64,000 bases of DNA, from NCBI RefSeq assembly GCF_009914755.1, contig NC_060943.1. One strand, 5' to 3'. Positions 53,345 to 64,000 of this stretch are shown piece after piece. The translations under genes were made by a program, and so were the position numbers. The notes under the pieces are model-generated. The model was given only the letters and a program-made list of their open reading frames with translations. It did no database searches and had not been told where the DNA came from. How positions within the stretch are numbered: the first letter of the stretch is position 1; each line of letters starts with the position of its first letter. This DNA is from the human T2T-CHM13v2.0 reference genome, Homo sapiens.

Positions 53345-53683
53345 TGATCCGCCCACCTCAGCCTCCCAAAGTGCGGTAGTTTTGAGGACAGGGCAGAAGG
53401 AAAGGGAAAGTAAACCTCAGCCTTGCTTAGAACCACCTTGCTTGGCTGAGGGAGGGAGATGTCCTGCAGGGCCTGCAGGGAACAAGACTCAGCCTACCCA
53501 GACCTCACTTGTCCTTTCCCCAGATCCTGCCCAGCCCTTTATCAGCCCCTGTAGGTGGGGACTTAGAGAACAGCAGCTATCAGGATCATCCACTTGCCTC
53601 TCCACCTGAAATTAACATCAACATCGACAGCAGCACTGCACTTTAATTAAAACATTATCATCTGGGCCAGGAGCAATGTTTCA

Positions 53684-54214
<531 letters not shown>

Positions 54215-54239
54215 TCACCATAAGTGAGGGTGGCCCTAA

Positions 54240-54651
<412 letters not shown>

Positions 54652-55003
54652 TAGTAGAGACGGGGTTTCACCGTGTTAGCCAAGATGGTCTCGATCTCCT
54701 GACCTCGTGATCCGCACACCTCAGCCTCTCAAAGTGCTGGGATTACAGGCGTGAGCCACCGCGCCTGCCCAATTTTTAAATTTTTTGTAGAGATGGGGTC
54801 TCGCTACGTTGCTCAAGCTGGTCTTGAGCTTCTGGCCTCAAGCTGTCCTCCCACCTCAGCCTTCCAAAACACTGAGATTACAGACACGAGTCACCTCCCC
54901 CAACTCTATTATCTTCATTTGACAGATAGGGAAACTGAGGCCTTGAGAGAGTAAGTGATTTGTACAATGTCATCCAGTCAGAAGAAGCAGAGCTGGGATT
55001 TGA

Positions 55004-55267
<264 letters not shown>

Positions 55268-55352
55268 TGATCCGCCCGCATTGCACGTTGGCCTCCCAAA
55301 GTGCTGGGATTACAGGTTTGAGCCACTGCACCCGGACTTTTTTGTTTTTTGA

Positions 55353-55511
<159 letters not shown>

Positions 55512-55572
55512 TAGTACAGACAAGGTTTCTCCATGTTGGTCAGGCTGGTCTCAAACTCCCGACCTCAGGTGA

Positions 55573-55814
<242 letters not shown>

Positions 55815-56233
55815 TAATTTTTATACTTTTTGGTACAGACAGGTTTCACAATGTCGCCCAGGCTGGTCTCCAACTTGTGGACTTAAGTGGTCCACCCGCC
55901 TCGGCCTCCCACAGTGCTGGGATTATAGGCGTGAGCCATCTCGCCCAGCCTAAAGCCCAAGACTTTATGTTGCTTCTGCCCAAAGGAGGGGGGTGGTCCT
56001 TCATGCTCCCAGCAACTGCCTGCTGAGAAGGTCACCTAGGGGGATGCAGTCACTGCTAGGCCCTCACCCCAGCCTAGACATTGCTGAACCTCAAAATAAC
56101 TCGTCTCCTGGCAGCCGGGCGTGGTGGCTCACGCCTGTAATCCTAGCACTTCGGGAGGCTGAGGTGGGTGGATCACCTGAGGTCAGGAGTTTGAGACCAG
56201 CCTGGCCAAAATGGTGAAACCCTGTCTGGACTA

Positions 56234-56392
<159 letters not shown>

Positions 56393-57157
56393 TCAAAAAC
56401 AACAACAACAACAAAATGAAGAACTCATCTCCTGGGGCCCTGAGATGTTTTCAGGCAGTAAGCAGAACCCGAAAGCCTGGGCCCAGTGCCCTGGAATCTG
56501 AAACTCCAGGCTTGTTTGGCATGAAAAATTCATGAGCCCAAAAGCTTACTTGGGGTCAGAGAACAGAGCAGCTCTGTGTGCTGGCTCTGCCTGCCCCGCC
56601 TGCCCCACCTCAGTGGCGGCCTCCCCCATCCCCCTGAGGCTGTGGCCTTGTCCTAGTTCCTTCTGGATGCCTGGAGCCTCCTCCAGCCTCTCCCAGGGAC
56701 CACGCCTCTAGGCCCTGTCCACAATCCCTTCTCCACACCACTAAAGAGATCTCTCTGAAACTCACAATTATTTTTTGACTCTCACTCTCACATCCTCTAT
56801 GGCCCCCCATTGCCCTCCAACCACCCCCACCTGGCACAGTCAGACACCTGCTGACCTCTGCCACAGGACACCACCTGAACCTGCTGTCCCAGACACCCTA
56901 ACTGCCCGAATTTCAGTTCCTCTCCTGCTGTCTCAAGCCATCCTCCCACCTCAGCCTCCCAAGTAGCTGAGACTATAGACACGTGCCACCACAGCTGGCC
57001 ACCTTAGCCATTTTGAAGTGCACAGTTCGGTGGCATTAAGCACATTAATGGCCATGCAACCGTCACCACCATCCATCTCCAGAACTTTCTCATCTTCCCA
57101 AAGGAAAACTTCTCCCTATGAAACACTCCTTCTCCCTCTCCCAACCCCTGGCACCCA

Positions 57158-57225
57158 CTCTTCTTCTTCTTCTTCTTCTTCTCCTTTTCCTTCTCCTCCT
57201 CCTCCTTCTTCTTCTTCTTTTCTTT
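57158..57225 (+). repeat. (TTC/CCT)n triplet tract
   Basis: Pyrimidine triplet repeat adjoining an antisense Alu tail. Confidence 0.9.
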
Positions 57226-57241
57226 TTTTTATTTATTTTGA

Positions 57242-57876
<635 letters not shown>

Positions 57877-58359
57877 TAGCTGGGATTACAGGCATCTGCC
57901 ACCACGCTGGGCTAATTTTTGTATTTTTGGTAGAGACTGGGTTTCGCCATGTTGACTAGGCTGGTCTCAAACTCCTGACCTCAAGTGATCCACCCATCTC
58001 AGCCTCCCAATGTGCTGGGATTACAAGTGTAAGCCACCATGCCCAGCTACTCAGGAGTCTGAGGTGGGAGGATCACTGGAGCCCAGAAGATTGAGGCTGC
58101 AGTGAGCTATGGTTGCACCACTGCACTCCAGCCTCGGTGACAAAGCAAGAACCTATCTTAAGAAAATATTGTGCTGAGCCAGTTCCTGAGAAAACAAAAT
58201 AGAAAACAAAACTAAAGAAAAGGCAAAAGTTCCTCCCAGCAGAGATGTGAGAGAAAAAGAAAAAAAAAGTCCCCTGTGACACCCCCATACCCCAATCTTC
58301 GTCCCTCTCATAACCACTGGCTGATTCAGATCTTTTTCAGCTGGGTTACATGCAGGGGG

Positions 58360-58406
<47 letters not shown>
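58360..58406 (+). repeat. (TG)n microsatellite
   Basis: About 23 TG units with one interruption. Confidence 0.95.
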
Positions 58407-58410
<4 letters not shown>

Positions 58411-58662
58411 TGTTGCCCTCTTTCTCTCTCTTTCTCCCATACCATATAAGACTATACAACTTGTGGATGGGCACAGTGGCTCTCACCTGTAATCCCAGAA
58501 CTTTGGGAGGCAGAGGCGGGTGGGGCACTTGAGGCCAAGAGTTCAAGAGCAGCCTGGGCAACATGGCAAAAAATCTGTCTCTACTAAAAATATAAAAACT
58601 GGCCAGGTGTGGTGGCTCACGCCTGTAATCCCTGCACTTTGGAGGCTAAGGCAGGTGAATCA

Positions 58663-59041
<379 letters not shown>

Positions 59042-59514
59042 TCAGTGAGCTGAGCTCGCACCACTGCACTCCAGCCTGGGCGACAGAGAGAGACTCTGTC
59101 TTAAATAAAAAAAAAAAATACAACTTGCTATTATCACTCAACAATATGACCTGGACGCTACTCCGGAAAGCATGTGGTTGAAGGGGAAGGAAGTGTGTCT
59201 TGGGTGTAAAGTCGGACTCCCTGGGTTCAGATCCTTGCAGAGCCACGGGCTCATTATGTTACTGTGGGTAAATTACTTCACCTCTCTGGGTCACTTTCCC
59301 CAATTGGAAAATGATTATAATGATTTAATACAGAGTGCTTGGGCCAGACGCGGTGTCTCACGCCTGTAATCCCAGCACTTTGGGAGGCCGAGGCGGTGGA
59401 TCATGAGGTCAGGAGATTGACACCATCATGGCTAAGACAGTGAAACCCGTTCTTCACTAAAAATACAAAAAACTAGCTGAGCGTGGTGGTGGGTGCTGTA
59501 ATCCCAGCTACTCA

Positions 59515-59643
<129 letters not shown>

Positions 59644-60429
59644 CTATATACACACATACACACACACATACACACACAGAGAGCGCTTTACTGGGTGAGC
59701 CAAGATCGCGCCACTGCCCTCCAGCAGCCTTGGTTCAAAAAAAAAAGGTGCTTGGCCAGCATGGTGGCTCATGCTTGTAATCCCAGCACTTCAAGAGGCC
59801 AAGATGGGCAGATCGATTGAGGCTAATGAGACCTGGTCTCTATTTCAAAAAAAAGAAAAAGAGTTAAAAAAATATATAAAGCATTTAATACCTTGTCTGA
59901 CACTGACTAAGCTTTCTATAAACATTCACTCTTTCTTTCCTTTTTTTTTTTTTTGAGACCGAGTCTCGTTCTGTCACCCAGGCTGGTGTGCAATGGTGCA
60001 CTCTTGGATCACTGCAACCTCTGACTCCCAGGTTCAAGTGATTCTCCTGCTTCAGCCTCCCAAGTAGCTGGGATTACATGCATGTGCCACCACACTCGGC
60101 TAATTTTGTATTTTTAGTAAAGACGGGATTTCTCCATGTTGGTCGGGCTGGTCTCGAACTCCCGACCTCAGGTGATCCGCCCGCCTCGGCCTCCCAAAGT
60201 GCTGGGATTACAGGTGAGAGCCACTGCGTCTGGCCTTAGAGACAGATTTTCATCGTGTTGTCCAGGCTAATCTTGAACTCCTGTCCTCAAGTGACCCTCC
60301 TGCCTCCCAGAGTGCTGGGATCACAGATGTGAGCCACCACTCCTGGCTGTAAACAGTCACTCTTATTATAATCTGCAGGACCACCTCCTTTTTTCTTAAA
60401 CTATTTTAAAAATTCTCATTTTGAAATGT

Positions 60430-61450
<1,021 letters not shown>

Positions 61451-61763
61451 GACCAGGAAGAGCAACACATATTTTATTTTATTTATTTATTTATTTGAGA
61501 TGCTGTCTCACTCTTTCACCCAGGCCGGAGTGCAGTGGTGCAATCTTGGCTCACTGCGACCTCTGCCTCCCGGGGTCAAGCAATTCTCTGCCTCAGCCTC
61601 CTGAGGAGCTGGGATTACAGGCGCCCGCCGCCACGCCCGTCTAATTTTTTTTTTTTTTTTTTGTATTTTTAGTAGGGACCAGGTTTCACCAAGTTAGTCA
61701 AGCTGGTCTTGAACTCCTGACCTTGTGATCCACTCAACTCAGCTTCCCAAAGTGCTGGGATTA

Positions 61764-63320
<1,557 letters not shown>

Positions 63321-64000
63321 ATGACTTCGTGCTTTATTCTTTTTTCTTTCTTTCTTTCTTTTTTTTTTTTTTTGAGACAGGGTCTCACTCTGTCACCCAG
63401 GCTGGAGTGCAGTGATGTTTTCACCCATTTTTCTTTCTTTTTTTTTTTCTTTTTGAGACAGAGTTTCGCTTTTTGCCCAGTTCTGTTGCCCAGTTTGGAG
63501 TGCAATAGCGTCATCTCAGCTCACCGCAACTTCCACCTCCTGGGTTCAAGCGATTCTCCTCCTCAGCCTCCAGAGTAGCTGGGATTACAGGCATGTGCCA
63601 CCACACCAGGCTAATTTTTTGTATTTTTAGTAAAGACAGGGATTCTCCATGTTGGTCAGGCTGGTCTCGAACTCCCGACTTCAAGTGATCCGCCCGCCTC
63701 GGCCTCCCAAAGTGCTGGGATTACAGGCGTGAGCCTCCGCACCCGGCCTGTTTTCACCCATTTTTTCCACAATAACTGTCAAGGCTGCAGGGAACACCCC
63801 TTGGTTACTACATCCCATGCACACACACCTGCAGTGGTTTGTCCAGGGTCAGTGCCAGACAGGAATCGCACCAGGTGAACATGACTTGGATATACTCTTT
63901 CTGCCAGGAAACATTCTGCTTCAAAGTATTCACTCACCTGATTTTATGTTATTAAACTCTAAAATTCTTACCAATCTGATGAATGAAAATGGCATCTTTT

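Overview
Human (or near-identical great-ape) genomic DNA matching the chr19p13.2 gene cluster. It is GC-rich and very Alu-dense (roughly half the window by eye). Four complete spliced genes could be rebuilt exon by exon with consistent GT-AG phases: ATG4D (+, 10 exons, 474 aa), KRI1 (-, 19 exons, 703 aa), CDKN2D/p19INK4d (-, 2 coding exons, 166 aa) and AP1M2/mu1B (-, 12 exons, 423 or 425 aa). Also present are the mirtron MIR1238 (ATG4D intron 8), an Alu-interrupted LSM2 processed pseudogene, an ERV9/LTR12 fragment with an intact tRNA-Arg primer-binding site, MaLR/L1/MIR relics and several microsatellites. Most of the supplied ORF track is Alu-derived noise. I see no wholly new gene system. The best leads are RNA-level: (1) a U12-type AP1M2 intron whose retention is in frame and stop-free; (2) two in-frame retainable ATG4D introns; (3) a TISU/YY1-like uORF in the ATG4D leader; (4) tail-to-tail ATG4D/KRI1 overlap through a dual-use AU-rich/poly(A) element; (5) an ERV9 piece that looks like a captured first exon of viral RNA. 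Gene names come from recognising the translated sequences; no database was searched.
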